In this document: piece after piece, positions 1-7,716 of the stretch | How the letters are laid out: each line of letters starts with the position of its first letter | Position numbering within the stretch: the first letter of the stretch is position 1 | Virus record (IMG/VR): IMGVR_UViG_3300050343_000261 | Direction: 5' to 3' (one strand) | Source of the DNA: a virus | DNA: 64,000 nucleotides | Notes under the pieces: model-generated | What the model was told of the DNA's origin: nothing | Database searches by the model: none | The model's input: only the letters and a program-made list of their open reading frames with translations | Translations under genes and position numbers: made by a program

Positions 1-38
1 CGCCCCCCCTCGGTAACATCGAAGGACCACAAATAACT

Positions 39-218
39 GTCCCTAAGTGTCACTAACTGTGTGCCCACTATGTGTCACTGAGACCCTCAAAGTGTGCCCA
101 CTAAGTGTTGCTAACTGTTTCGGATGCTGGTGAACTTTCCTCGGTGCAATCGTGCCCCTTATGTGTCACTTAGCGATCTTCTGCAACTGTTAGATAGGCA
201 TTCCTTATGTGTTACTTA
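39..218. repeat. Five degenerate copies of a 14-mer C(C/A)(C/T)TA(A/T)GTGT(C/T)(A/G)CT in an ORF-free region (iteron-like)
   Basis: Copies at 41-54 ccctaagtgtcact, 66-79 cactatgtgtcact, 99-112 cactaagtgttgct, 157-170 ccttatgtgtcact, 203-216 ccttatgtgttact; no ORF of 60 aa or more in 1-567. Confidence 0.6.
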
Positions 219-567
219 GTGGGGTGCTAAATGTTAGATAGTGACTGTGATTGTACTGTTACAAAGTGTCTCCGAGGGGTTGCAATTTGGGGGCGATCTG
301 TGATAAACTGTGTGATCATGTTGTGCTCGCTAAGGTAACATCAACACCGCACATAAGAGAACGAAAGAGAAAACGTAGATACATTTATTTGAACCTTTCA
401 GTAATAACGAAAATAGATAAGATTCACTAATAAATGATGATAAACGAGTGCTTATTTAGGGGGGCAGGAATACACTTAGTTTAGTGCTATGTAACAGTGA
501 TTGCAATGGATTGACTAACACTAAGTAACAATTACTAAGTGAGTGCGCGTTATTACTTAGCATGACA

Positions 568-792
568 TTATATTGCCTTATATGGTAGATAAGTTAGATC
601 AACAAAACTTACATCAAAAGCAGCAGATTGTCTGATCTTAGTGATAACATCATCCTCTGATTCACCAAACCAAACTGTTGATAATGTAGCATCAATTATC
701 CCTGGTCTCAATGACATTGGACAATCGAAATCACCATCTCTCCAATTGAATTCAATAGACTCAACAATATAACGTTTCATCATTAGTTCCAC
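568..792 (-). CDS. Hypothetical early-region protein
   Basis: 74-aa ORF, same strand as and packed against neighbours; true start may be MKRYIV at 780. Confidence 0.65.
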   Translation of the reverse strand: MELMMKRYIVESIEFNWRDGDFDCPMSLRPGIIDATLSTVWFGESEDDVITKIRQSAAFDVSFVDLTYLPYKAI

Positions 793-1037
793 CCTGTAAG
801 TTCATTAGGAATATCATCACCAGCGATACAATCTAGATATGCTTCATTCCATTCTTTCCAGAATATATCAAAGCACTGTTTATTCTCTACAAATGACATT
901 TCTAGGTGTTCAGCAACATAATCATAGGTATCATTTAGATCACTATAATTATCATTTACATAAGAATATATGGTTGATATAATGTTATCCCACTTATCTT
1001 GAGTTTGTGGGGTCAGTGTGAAATAAGGAGTTGCCAT
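783..1037 (-). CDS. Hypothetical acidic early-region protein
   Basis: 84-aa ORF preceded by the shared cttatctaacatc leader. Confidence 0.75.
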   Translation of the reverse strand: MATPYFTLTPQTQDKWDNIISTIYSYVNDNYSDLNDTYDYVAEHLEMSFVENKQCFDIFWKEWNEAYLDCIAGDDIPNELTGWN

Positions 1038-1069
1038 GATGTTAGATAAGGGTGATTAGTTGTTGTTAC

Positions 1070-1393
1070 TTAGTTGAACACATAACCTGAAACAAAGGGA
1101 ATGATATTGTTGTTATCTTTGATATACCATTGAAAGTCCTTTTGAAATACTCCATCAGTCTTACCATCACAGAATTCGTTGATGATAACATTTAGGCGTG
1201 ATTTAGTCACATTTGTTTCATAACCTGCATTTGAGATTGTGACTGAATTGTCATCAATAACGGCGATCTTATGACCGTGGAGACGTACAATAGAACAATC
1301 AGATTCTTCATTGTAATGAACACTAGTGTTAGCATTCTGCCAATTCTGATTGTTATTGATGGCAGCGATCATTTGAGTTTCGATCTTACGCAT
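1070..1393 (-). CDS. Conserved cyanophage-type hypothetical protein (MRKIE...T.SRLN family)
   Basis: 107 aa; AAAGG upstream and TACAAT -10 at 1421-1426; sequence style recalls small T4-like cyanophage early proteins. Confidence 0.8.
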   Translation of the reverse strand: MRKIETQMIAAINNNQNWQNANTSVHYNEESDCSIVRLHGHKIAVIDDNSVTISNAGYETNVTKSRLNVIINEFCDGKTDGVFQKDFQWYIKDNNNIIPFVSGYVFN

Positions 1394-1436
1394 TTGAATG
1401 AACCTTTGTTTGTTTGTTTGATTGTATCCTAGTCGG

Positions 1437-1646
1437 TTAGTGTGACAATCTCCGGCGATTTAGGACAGTTCCAAAGGTGGATGCCTGGTCACTATAAAAT
1501 CCTTCGACCATGGGATCATGATGCCTCCAAAGTGATTCAACCTTACGACAATCCATGGCGGCATAGAGTAATTCAGCATCAGTCATTTCAGCGGCAAGTG
1601 TCTCCCAATTCTGAAAGTCTGCTGCTGTTGCGTTACGTCGAATCAT
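1437..1646 (-). CDS. Hypothetical early protein (69 aa, starts MIRRNA)
   Basis: The ORF-track extension MLEQVKQRT is translated promoter-cassette leader; the ATG at 1646 follows the leader. Confidence 0.7.
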   Translation of the reverse strand: MIRRNATAADFQNWETLAAEMTDAELLYAAMDCRKVESLWRHHDPMVEGFYSDQASTFGTVLNRRRLSH

Positions 1647-1669
1647 TGTTCTTTGTTTGACTTGTTCTA

Positions 1670-1727
1670 ACAATACAGGAAAACAAAGGTCAAAACAATA
1701 TCATGTGACACTTATCGTAGTGGCACA
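1670..1727 (-). promoter_or_regulatory. Early promoter cassette copy 1: TGTGACAC-N8-GTGGCACA palindrome plus TATTGT -10
   Basis: Palindrome 1704-1727, -10 at 1670-1675; 44 nt from -10 to the distal half-site. Confidence 0.8.
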
Positions 1728-1769
1728 ATATATCGTTTTTTAGATTGTTTCATGCTAGGTGTTATCACT

Positions 1770-1901
1770 CTACATTTTGTTTATCAATTGCTCCATTCTT
1801 TCATTCCGTTCGTTGATAGTCTCAACCATCTTACTATCTAACACTGATACCAATAGATTGGCACCCAAGATAGTGAATAATACTAGGAAGATTAGTCTCA
1901 T
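1770..1901 (-). CDS. Small membrane-anchored hypothetical protein (43 aa, MRLIFLVLFTILGANLLVSV...)
   Basis: Hand-translated below the track cutoff; hydrophobic N-terminus; starts 2 nt after the upstream stop. Confidence 0.6.
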   Translation of the reverse strand: MRLIFLVLFTILGANLLVSVLDSKMVETINERNERMEQLINKM

Positions 1902-1903
1902 GA

Positions 1904-2131
1904 TCAACATGCACAAATGGTGTGATTTACTGGTGTTGAATGATAATCAGTTACCGCATATCCTAAATCTAATCTTGCTCTAATACATTCTAACATCTCA
2001 CGGTGATTGATAACTCTACTCGTTTGTGTGTCACCTTTGAATGTTAGTTTCCATACGTACTTACTACCTGGATGATGTATATGGGGATAGATATCTATCA
2101 CCATTGATGCTTTTTTTGAAGTGAGTTGCAT
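1904..2131 (-). CDS. Hypothetical early protein
   Basis: 75-aa ORF with shared leader motif at 2141-2153. Confidence 0.7.
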   Translation of the reverse strand: MQLTSKKASMVIDIYPHIHHPGSKYVWKLTFKGDTQTSRVINHREMLECIRARLDLGYAVTDYHSTPVNHTICAC

Positions 2132-2166
2132 GATGAAAAAATGTTAGATAAGGTGGATAAGTTAGA

Positions 2167-2316
2167 TCAGCATTCTATAATTCTATAACAGTGATTCTTA
2201 CTGTATAATCTATTCTGTGTTGCCATAACATTCAGTGCTCTCATCAATGTCATAGGATGATATACAGTATTCTCCCATTCACCTTGCTTCTCAAATAAGA
2301 TCTGGAGTTGATACAT
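2167..2316 (-). CDS. Hypothetical early protein (49 aa, MYQLQILFEK...)
   Basis: Start reassigned downstream of promoter cassette copy 2; the track ORF reads through the cassette (LEQVKQR). Confidence 0.65.
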   Translation of the reverse strand: MYQLQILFEKQGEWENTVYHPMTLMRALNVMATQNRLYSKNHCYRIIEC

Positions 2317-2345
2317 TGAATTGAACCTTTGTTTGACTTGTTCTA

Positions 2346-2403
2346 ACAATACATCATTTGAACTGCTGTGCTCATTTATTGTGCCACTAATACTTGTGGC
2401 ACA
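2346..2403 (-). promoter_or_regulatory. Early promoter cassette copy 2: TGTGCCAC-N8-GTGGCACA plus TATTGT
   Basis: Perfect palindrome 2380-2403, -10 at 2346-2351; 44-nt spacing. Confidence 0.85.
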
Positions 2404-2414
2404 ACGATAACATT

Positions 2415-2585
2415 TTATGCAGTTACTTCCATCCACATCATATTGTTACGTGCTACAATCATAGTTTTGCCGTGTTCATCAGCACTCCACGAGTAAGCAA
2501 CATCAACAGCATGATCCTCACTCGTAAAATATTCTGCATCGAATTGTTGTCCCTTAGGATATACGGACCAAGATACAAATGACAT
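2415..2585 (-). CDS. Hypothetical early protein (56 aa, MSFVSWSVYPKG...)
   Basis: Hand-translated; fills the gap between cassettes; shared leader at 2589-2602. Confidence 0.65.
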   Translation of the reverse strand: MSFVSWSVYPKGQQFDAEYFTSEDHAVDVAYSWSADEHGKTMIVARNNMMWMEVTA

Positions 2586-2627
2586 GATGATGTTAGATAA
2601 GGATGGATGAGTTAGTGTTACTTTGGA

Positions 2628-2789
2628 TCAGAAAGGGTTAGACCATGATTCATACTTTTTCATCGTAATTTGTCCATCACGACATAAGAAATCAGTGTAG
2701 TTATTCCAATTCTCACGAGTTGCGATAATGTCACCTTTTACAACTTGATCACATTGGCGAAACTCTTTCAGTGCTTGAACTTTAGTCAT
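2628..2789 (-). CDS. Small early protein (53 aa, MTKVQALKEFR...DFLCRDGQIT..YESWSNPF)
   Basis: Hand-translated; directly downstream of cassette copy 3; C-terminus resembles that of 3179..3346. Confidence 0.75.
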   Translation of the reverse strand: MTKVQALKEFRQCDQVVKGDIIATRENWNNYTDFLCRDGQITMKKYESWSNPF

Positions 2790-2811
2790 CTTGTTTGTTT
2801 GAACTGATTGA

Positions 2812-2869
2812 ACAATACATCATTTGAACTGCTGTGCTCATTTAGTGTGCCACTAATACTATTGGCACA
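2812..2869 (-). promoter_or_regulatory. Early promoter cassette copy 3: TGTGCCAC-N8-TTGGCACA plus TATTGT
   Basis: Palindrome 2846-2869, -10 at 2812-2817; ~50 nt nearly identical to copy 2. Confidence 0.85.
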
Positions 2870-2877
2870 CATTCTTA

Positions 2878-3147
2878 TCACTTAGTCTCCTTGATATGCT
2901 CTGATGTTATCTCATCAAGGTGATCTTGTATCTTAGAATAAATGTAATCTGAATCACCAAGATCCTCCATGATATCACCAATTAGTTTGTAATCCTCTAA
3001 TTGGGTATCATAATCAATATCACCATTTTCATCCAATAAATGTATATCTTCCTTACTATAAATCCATGCTGCACAATGTGCATTATCACCATATTCTGCA
3101 ATCATTTTTGTTACTCTGTTCTGGAGTTGTTTGAGAGTGTAATTCAT
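2878..3147 (-). CDS. Conserved cyanophage-type hypothetical protein (MNYTLKQLQNRV..CAAWIYSKED)
   Basis: 89-aa acidic ORF in the early cluster. Confidence 0.75.
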   Translation of the reverse strand: MNYTLKQLQNRVTKMIAEYGDNAHCAAWIYSKEDIHLLDENGDIDYDTQLEDYKLIGDIMEDLGDSDYIYSKIQDHLDEITSEHIKETK

Positions 3148-3178
3148 GATTTAGACCTGAATTGGATGTTAGTTAGAG

Positions 3179-3346
3179 TTAGAATACGTTAGTCCATGAT
3201 TGATGCTGAGTAGCACTGATTCTCCCATCTTTGAGTAATCCATCACACACTCCACAAAATACTTCAAACTTTTGTAATCTTGTAAGTTTGTGATCAACAC
3301 TTAGTGCAGTTTCACCGACGACTTTGAGAACTTGACCTTTGAGCAT
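3179..3346 (-). CDS. Small early protein (55 aa, MLKGQVLK...DGLLKDGRIS..HQSWTNVF)
   Basis: Start moved to the ATG at 3346, downstream of cassette copy 4; paralog-like to 2628..2789. Confidence 0.7.
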   Translation of the reverse strand: MLKGQVLKVVGETALSVDHKLTRLQKFEVFCGVCDGLLKDGRISATQHQSWTNVF

Positions 3347-3373
3347 GATGTAAGATTGATTTGAACTATTAGA

Positions 3374-3431
3374 ACAATACATCAATCAGTTCACTGTGCT
3401 CATTTACTGTGACACTTGTATTAGTGGCACA
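3374..3431 (-). promoter_or_regulatory. Early promoter cassette copy 4: TGTGACAC-N8-GTGGCACA plus TATTGT
   Basis: Palindrome 3408-3431, -10 at 3374-3379; 44-nt spacing. Confidence 0.85.
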
Positions 3432-3439
3432 CATTATAT

Positions 3440-3640
3440 TCATCCATGACTATCCATGAAATCATCCAAACTATATCCATCTCCAGTACACGTCTCTTCA
3501 ATCAATTGTTCCACTGTATAACATTCCATCTTCAAACGATATTCTTCGAGAGTATCATCTTCAGGATTATAATCATCATGACAAAGATATTCCCACTCAT
3601 TCACGAGTGCATTCACTATTTGTTGTTTTGTGTACTTCAT
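3440..3640 (-). CDS. Conserved cyanophage-type hypothetical protein (EWEYLCHDD motif)
   Basis: 66 aa; 4-nt overlap with the upstream gene. Confidence 0.75.
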   Translation of the reverse strand: MKYTKQQIVNALVNEWEYLCHDDYNPEDDTLEEYRLKMECYTVEQLIEETCTGDGYSLDDFMDSHG

Positions 3641-3972
3641 TGGTCTCTCTCAACTACATCAAAGTTGTTCCATTCTCCCATTTCAATTTTCAATGAATCG
3701 GGCATAATACTTTGATCCTCTCTCACTTGCCAGAACTCTTTGCCGTGCACGATAACAGCGAAACCCTGAACTCCTGGCGTTGGCATCATAAACAATCCAT
3801 GCTTATGTGCCTCGTAAATATCAGCGAAACCTCGTGCAGTTATGCACCAACCTTTACCAAAATAGACACAAACAAAATCAGTCACATTATAAACTTGTTG
3901 TTGCAATTGTTCAATTTCACGTTGCATTTTGTTGATGTGAACTTGCATGATTCGAGATTTAGTGATAGTCAT
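3637..3972 (-). CDS. Hypothetical protein (starts MTITKS)
   Basis: ATGA overlap with the upstream stop supports a start at 3972. Confidence 0.65.
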   Translation of the reverse strand: MTITKSRIMQVHINKMQREIEQLQQQVYNVTDFVCVYFGKGWCITARGFADIYEAHKHGLFMMPTPGVQGFAVIVHGKEFWQVREDQSIMPDSLKIEMGEWNNFDVVERDQ

Positions 3973-4196
3973 GACTCTGCTAATTCCTCCGCTTTTACCC
4001 AATCAATTTGTTCCATTCTTATCAGTGCATCCTTTTTTGCCTCCAATACTTCACGATCATGGTTCAATCTGTCCAGTTGATCATCAACAATCTTTAGACG
4101 AATCATCACCGCTTCGAGTGACATACCGTCACAAATACTAGTCATAATGTGTTTACCATGGAGTGGATGTGAAATCGGTTGTGCATTTACTATCAT
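3969..4196 (-). CDS. Hypothetical coiled-coil-like protein
   Basis: TGATG overlap with the upstream gene; heptad-like C-terminus. Confidence 0.55.
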   Translation of the reverse strand: MIVNAQPISHPLHGKHIMTSICDGMSLEAVMIRLKIVDDQLDRLNHDREVLEAKKDALIRMEQIDWVKAEELAES

Positions 4197-4564
4197 CAGA
4201 TATAAAGATAACCACCAGACCAATCAGCACGAGCATAACATTCTTCCCTGCTGATAATCACGAGCAAGTTATAACGAACATGCTTTGCAGGTGACTTGAA
4301 TGATGCAGGTTTATACACTTCACCAGTCTTCTTATCAACGAAGGCATGAACACTGCGAGACTGAGATTCAGTCTCCATCACGATTTTGTGATACTTGCGT
4401 CCACCTTCTGCAATGTAGAATTTGTATGGATCAGAGTTAGGATGACTGTTCTTGAAATTCTCTTCAAGACGATCACACAACGTAAGAGTGTGCTCACGAA
4501 CTTTCAACTGAATGTCATTCCGTGCATCTTGAGTTGCAACGAAGTCAGCAAATGCAGCAGTCAT
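4196..4564 (-). CDS. Conserved T4-like cyanophage early protein (YHKI..SVHAFVDKKTGEVYKPAS..PAK.VRYNL family)
   Basis: 122 aa with a recognisable motif; downstream of cassette copy 5. Confidence 0.85.
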   Translation of the reverse strand: MTAAFADFVATQDARNDIQLKVREHTLTLCDRLEENFKNSHPNSDPYKFYIAEGGRKYHKIVMETESQSRSVHAFVDKKTGEVYKPASFKSPAKHVRYNLLVIISREECYARADWSGGYLYI

Positions 4565-4587
4565 GAACCTTTGTTTGAACTATTAGA

Positions 4588-4645
4588 ATAATACACTAAA
4601 AAACCGCCCACTCCCCCAAGAGTAGACGGTTCATAGAGTGGCACA
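4588..4645 (-). promoter_or_regulatory. Early promoter cassette copy 5 (variant): GACGGTT..GTGGCACA plus TATTAT
   Basis: Distal half-site GTGGCACA at 4638-4645 is exactly 44 nt from the -10 at 4588-4593; same caaacaaagg leader. Confidence 0.7.
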
Positions 4646-4780
4646 GTCAGTCAACACAATAAATGTTTCTTGCGGTACTGTACTTTGCCTCCATCAACTT
4701 GATAGCGTGATGAATACTAACCGCAGTGAAACTTTCTTCAATGCGGTAACCCTCAACGAGTGCACTGACGATGAATTGTC

Positions 4781-4969
4781 TCATTGGTCTGAATCCTCTA
4801 GTTGTTGGAGTTCCTCCATACTACACACTTCTGTCGTAATGTCAAACTCCAGGAAGTAATAAGTTTCACTGATGTTGTAACGTTTACACATTACTTTCAC
4901 TGATTCATACTCTTCCTCACTCATCACTATCTCAAAGAACTCGTTAGAAATACGCATCAAAGATTCCAA
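4781..4969 (-). CDS. Hypothetical acidic protein
   Basis: 62-aa ORF overlapping the nuclease 3' end. Confidence 0.55.
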   Translation of the reverse strand: MESLMRISNEFFEIVMSEEEYESVKVMCKRYNISETYYFLEFDITTEVCSMEELQQLEDSDQ

Positions 4970-5499
4970 TACAATGATCTCATGAATTTGAAATCCTCAG
5001 GAAAACCATCAAGGAAGAATGTACCTGAGTTGACAGACTTTCCTCCATGTTGATTACACTTCCAGAATCCATCACCATCAGGATGTGCAACATAGTCTCT
5101 TACTTCTTCTTTAGTAGAAGAGAACATGTCAACACGTTCAGGATACATTGCGAGGAAGATCATTAGATCATACTCTTGATGTGGACGGATTTGTTGCCAC
5201 CTAAATTGTGATCCATCACCCCACAATGTAGACCCTTTGATCTCACATCGTTGACCATTGATCAATCGATCGTATTCAGTTGTCTTGGCACGTTCAACAG
5301 TGAACCCAAGATGTTGACAATATTCAGCAACAAGTAACTCGAAGAATTTACCCTTCCTCTTGCTACTCATCTGTTTGTAAATACGAAACGGTGAGTCAAC
5401 ATATGGATCAACATCACGATTCTTCTTTGCATCATCGTGAGTGTTATAACTTTCAATGAATTCAGCGGGAATTGTGGTGTCGATCATAGTTGAGTTCAT
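4957..5499 (-). CDS. PD-(D/E)xK nuclease, type II restriction-endonuclease-like
   Basis: KGKFFE..L, then YDRLINGQRCEIKGS (D-x8-E-x-K), FRWQQIR..QEYDLMIFL. Confidence 0.6.
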   Translation of the reverse strand: MNSTMIDTTIPAEFIESYNTHDDAKKNRDVDPYVDSPFRIYKQMSSKRKGKFFELLVAEYCQHLGFTVERAKTTEYDRLINGQRCEIKGSTLWGDGSQFRWQQIRPHQEYDLMIFLAMYPERVDMFSSTKEEVRDYVAHPDGDGFWKCNQHGGKSVNSGTFFLDGFPEDFKFMRSLYWNL

Positions 5500-5831
5500 G
5501 ACAGATCAATCATACCAGTTTTTATGCTATTTTCAAATGTTCTTGACGATACGTGAGACGTACCTGCATTTGAAAATGACTCATATGTTGATTTCTTCAA
5601 AGGCACCACTGTATGCTTCCAAGCAAGGTTGGAACTGTTCTGCAATTTACGGTGCATGAACTCTGAAACTCCTGTAAGTGTCATTACACTGTTCAGAATC
5701 ACATCATCATCACATTCATGTGAAATCATTTCACCCAAGTCCTGAGACATTTGTTGGATGATCTTACATTGTTCAATGACTTCATCGAGATCGTTCATCA
5801 CTTCCCAAACTTTGGCGTAATCAAGTGACAT
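5496..5831 (-). CDS. Hypothetical helical protein (starts MSLDYAKVWE)
   Basis: Start moved downstream of the terminator at 5843-5869. Confidence 0.65.
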   Translation of the reverse strand: MSLDYAKVWEVMNDLDEVIEQCKIIQQMSQDLGEMISHECDDDVILNSVMTLTGVSEFMHRKLQNSSNLAWKHTVVPLKKSTYESFSNAGTSHVSSRTFENSIKTGMIDLS

Positions 5832-5842
5832 AGCGATATGGT

Positions 5843-5869
5843 AAAAAAATTGCCGGTGCAATACCGGCA
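5843..5869 (-). terminator. Intrinsic terminator
   Basis: TGCCGGT-gcaat-ACCGGCA hairpin; minus strand followed by a T run. Confidence 0.7.
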
Positions 5870-5926
5870 TGATCATTCTAGTTTGTGTGAGAAACTATTT
5901 GTGGACGAGGTAACAGATAGTTACAT

Positions 5927-6163
5927 TCAGGATGCCTGAACGACTACCTCTTTGAGTGAACCATCACGGCGACGAGCGGCGATGAGTTTGCCAACGCTTT
6001 CACCTTTGGTTACAGTGGTCTCGATTTCTTGCTTGAGTGCGGTGGCATCCAGAGCAACGAAATCGTATGCTGTGTCCTTACTGGTGAATTGCACGGAGAC
6101 TGCGTTATCAGAACCGAAGTTGATAGCAGCGATTGCAGATGAACCGGTAATTTGCATGATCAT
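5927..6163 (-). CDS. Small cyanophage protein, KTSC-like (SSAIAAINF..VSVQFTS..Y..ESVGKLI)
   Basis: 78 aa; motif resemblance only. Confidence 0.6.
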   Translation of the reverse strand: MIMQITGSSAIAAINFGSDNAVSVQFTSKDTAYDFVALDATALKQEIETTVTKGESVGKLIAARRRDGSLKEVVVQAS

Positions 6164-6303
6164 GAATAGAGAATGGAAACGATCTTTGGGGCGGCGTTAC
6201 TCCCATACCTGTAAGTATATCAGATAACGTGGATTGTGCAACTGTTGTGAATTGGGTGTCGGGTTGTGACGGACATAGGCCATCGTTGCCTCCCGACTTC
6301 CAT

Positions 6304-6362
6304 AGTATAGAGCTCAATCAATGCCATACCATGAAAAATGTGCCAGATCCTCATCTGGCACA
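6304..6362 (-). promoter_or_regulatory. Early promoter cassette copy 6: TGTGCCAG-N8-CTGGCACA plus TATACT
   Basis: Palindrome 6339-6362 inside the 3' end of ORF 6314..6490, -10 at 6304-6309; 45-nt spacing. Confidence 0.7.
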
Positions 6363-6490
6363 TCCTCTTCGATTCCTAGCATACTTTCGTAGTAGGTATC
6401 GTAATCAACTCCAACATACTTTGCATATGCTTCATAGTCTGAATGTGTTTTACATTCTTTGGCAAGATCGATAAGGTCAGTGACGTTCAT
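6314..6490 (-). CDS. Hypothetical acidic protein (58 aa, MNVTDLIDLAKECK...)
   Basis: Hand-translated below the track cutoff; TATAAT boxes just upstream. Confidence 0.6.
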   Translation of the reverse strand: MNVTDLIDLAKECKTHSDYEAYAKYVGVDYDTYYESMLGIEEDVPDEDLAHFSWYGID

Positions 6491-6508
6491 CTATCAGCAA
6501 AGTATTAT

Positions 6509-6531
6509 AGAGATTATAACATATAATCTCT
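6509..6531. promoter_or_regulatory. 10-bp perfect inverted repeat overlapping a TATAAT -10 box
   Basis: AGAGATTATA-aca-TATAATCTCT in the intergenic region downstream of cobS. Confidence 0.5.
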
Positions 6532-6544
6532 GATTGCGCTCTAT

Positions 6545-7639
6545 TTAGTCACCTTCTAAGACAATATTTGCATCTAGTTTAGTATACAACTGCATGAACG
6601 ACAGTTTAGTATCATCATCGAAGCGATTCAAGCACAATTCAATTGCTTTCATCTTATCACCAAAGATACTATATGCTCGCACAATATGCACCAGGCGGCG
6701 AGTTGAAATAATTTCATCGATGCCACCATCATTGAATGTTTTACGTACAATGTCTGCCCAATCTACAAGATGCTTGTAGAAATCAGTATGCTCACCAATA
6801 GCAGGGATGTTGAGACGTTCTGCAACATTCTCAAGAATCTTGGATTCTACTGATGGTGTGGGATAGCACTGCTCAAATGTGACAGGGAATCTCTCAAGAA
6901 ATGCCTCATTGAGAACATTTGTTCCCATGAATCGTCCATCTTCACTACCCTTGCCCTTAGTATTAGCAGTGGCAATAACATTGAATCCATTGCTTGGTGT
7001 TACATGCACACCAATCTTCTTCAAGAAAACACCACTACCCTCAAGAATAGATTGTAGACACAAGATCTTATTTGATGCCAGGTCAATCTCATCTAAGAGG
7101 AGAACTGCTCCACGTGACATAGCATCAATCACCGGACCATTGTGCCAAACTGTCTCACCATTCAACAAACGAAAACCACCAATAAGGTCATCTTCATCAG
7201 TCTCCACAGTGATATTGACGCGAATCAATTCACGTCCTAGTTGTGCACATGCTTGCTCAACACCAAATGTCTTACCATTGCCAGACATACCTGTAATGAA
7301 TACAGGATAGAATTGATGTGATTGAATTACTTTCTTCAGATCACGGAATCCACCAAAAGCAACAAATGTGTCATCTTTGGCAGGAACGAGTGTCTCCACT
7401 TCAGTGGTGGGTAGAACACGCTCAACAGTGACAGGACTCTGCTCCATGGTGGGAGTGTTATCATCACTGACATTCCAATTGCCACGACGGACCTTATACT
7501 GATTCAGATACTTAGTCATGGTCTGATAGGAGACATTTGCACTGTTGCAATATGCCTTGACCATGTCAGCATCGATCTCAGTGCCAAAGTTGTCAACTAG
7601 TGTGCTGATGTGGAATTTGGAATCAATAGTGCGAGGCAT
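6545..7639 (-). CDS. cobS: CobS-like MoxR-family AAA+ ATPase
   Basis: Walker A GMSGNGKT, Walker B LLLDEID, ATANTKG.G, NEAFLERF, STRRL; likely start MPRTID at 7639. Confidence 0.92.
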   Translation of the reverse strand: MPRTIDSKFHISTLVDNFGTEIDADMVKAYCNSANVSYQTMTKYLNQYKVRRGNWNVSDDNTPTMEQSPVTVERVLPTTEVETLVPAKDDTFVAFGGFRDLKKVIQSHQFYPVFITGMSGNGKTFGVEQACAQLGRELIRVNITVETDEDDLIGGFRLLNGETVWHNGPVIDAMSRGAVLLLDEIDLASNKILCLQSILEGSGVFLKKIGVHVTPSNGFNVIATANTKGKGSEDGRFMGTNVLNEAFLERFPVTFEQCYPTPSVESKILENVAERLNIPAIGEHTDFYKHLVDWADIVRKTFNDGGIDEIISTRRLVHIVRAYSIFGDKMKAIELCLNRFDDDTKLSFMQLYTKLDANIVLEGD

Positions 7640-7716
7640 TTGTCTGATGTGGAATTGAACTAATTGTAAAGAATGGATAGGCGAAACCACCCCAGTATGG
7701 GGCAGTTCCACAACTG

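Noticed and set aside
1441-1492. Additional early-cassette copy upstream of 1070..1393
   Set aside because: A TACAAT -10 and the leader are present, but TGTGACAA and GGACAGTT are not at the 28/44-nt spacing of the other copies, so it was not counted
1647-2436. N-terminal LEQVKQR motif shared by two track ORFs
   Set aside because: It is the translated promoter-cassette leader (tagaacaagtcaaacaaagg), not a protein motif; true starts lie downstream
2720-2760. Apparent frameshift in the 53-aa early gene
   Set aside because: On recounting the T run (tcaccttttacaac) the frame is continuous: ..DQVVKGDIIATRE..
1670-3431. Palindromic repeats as a CRISPR array
   Set aside because: Copies are degenerate, irregularly spaced (about 460-680 nt) and separated by whole ORFs; each is tied to a -10 box, and there are no cas genes
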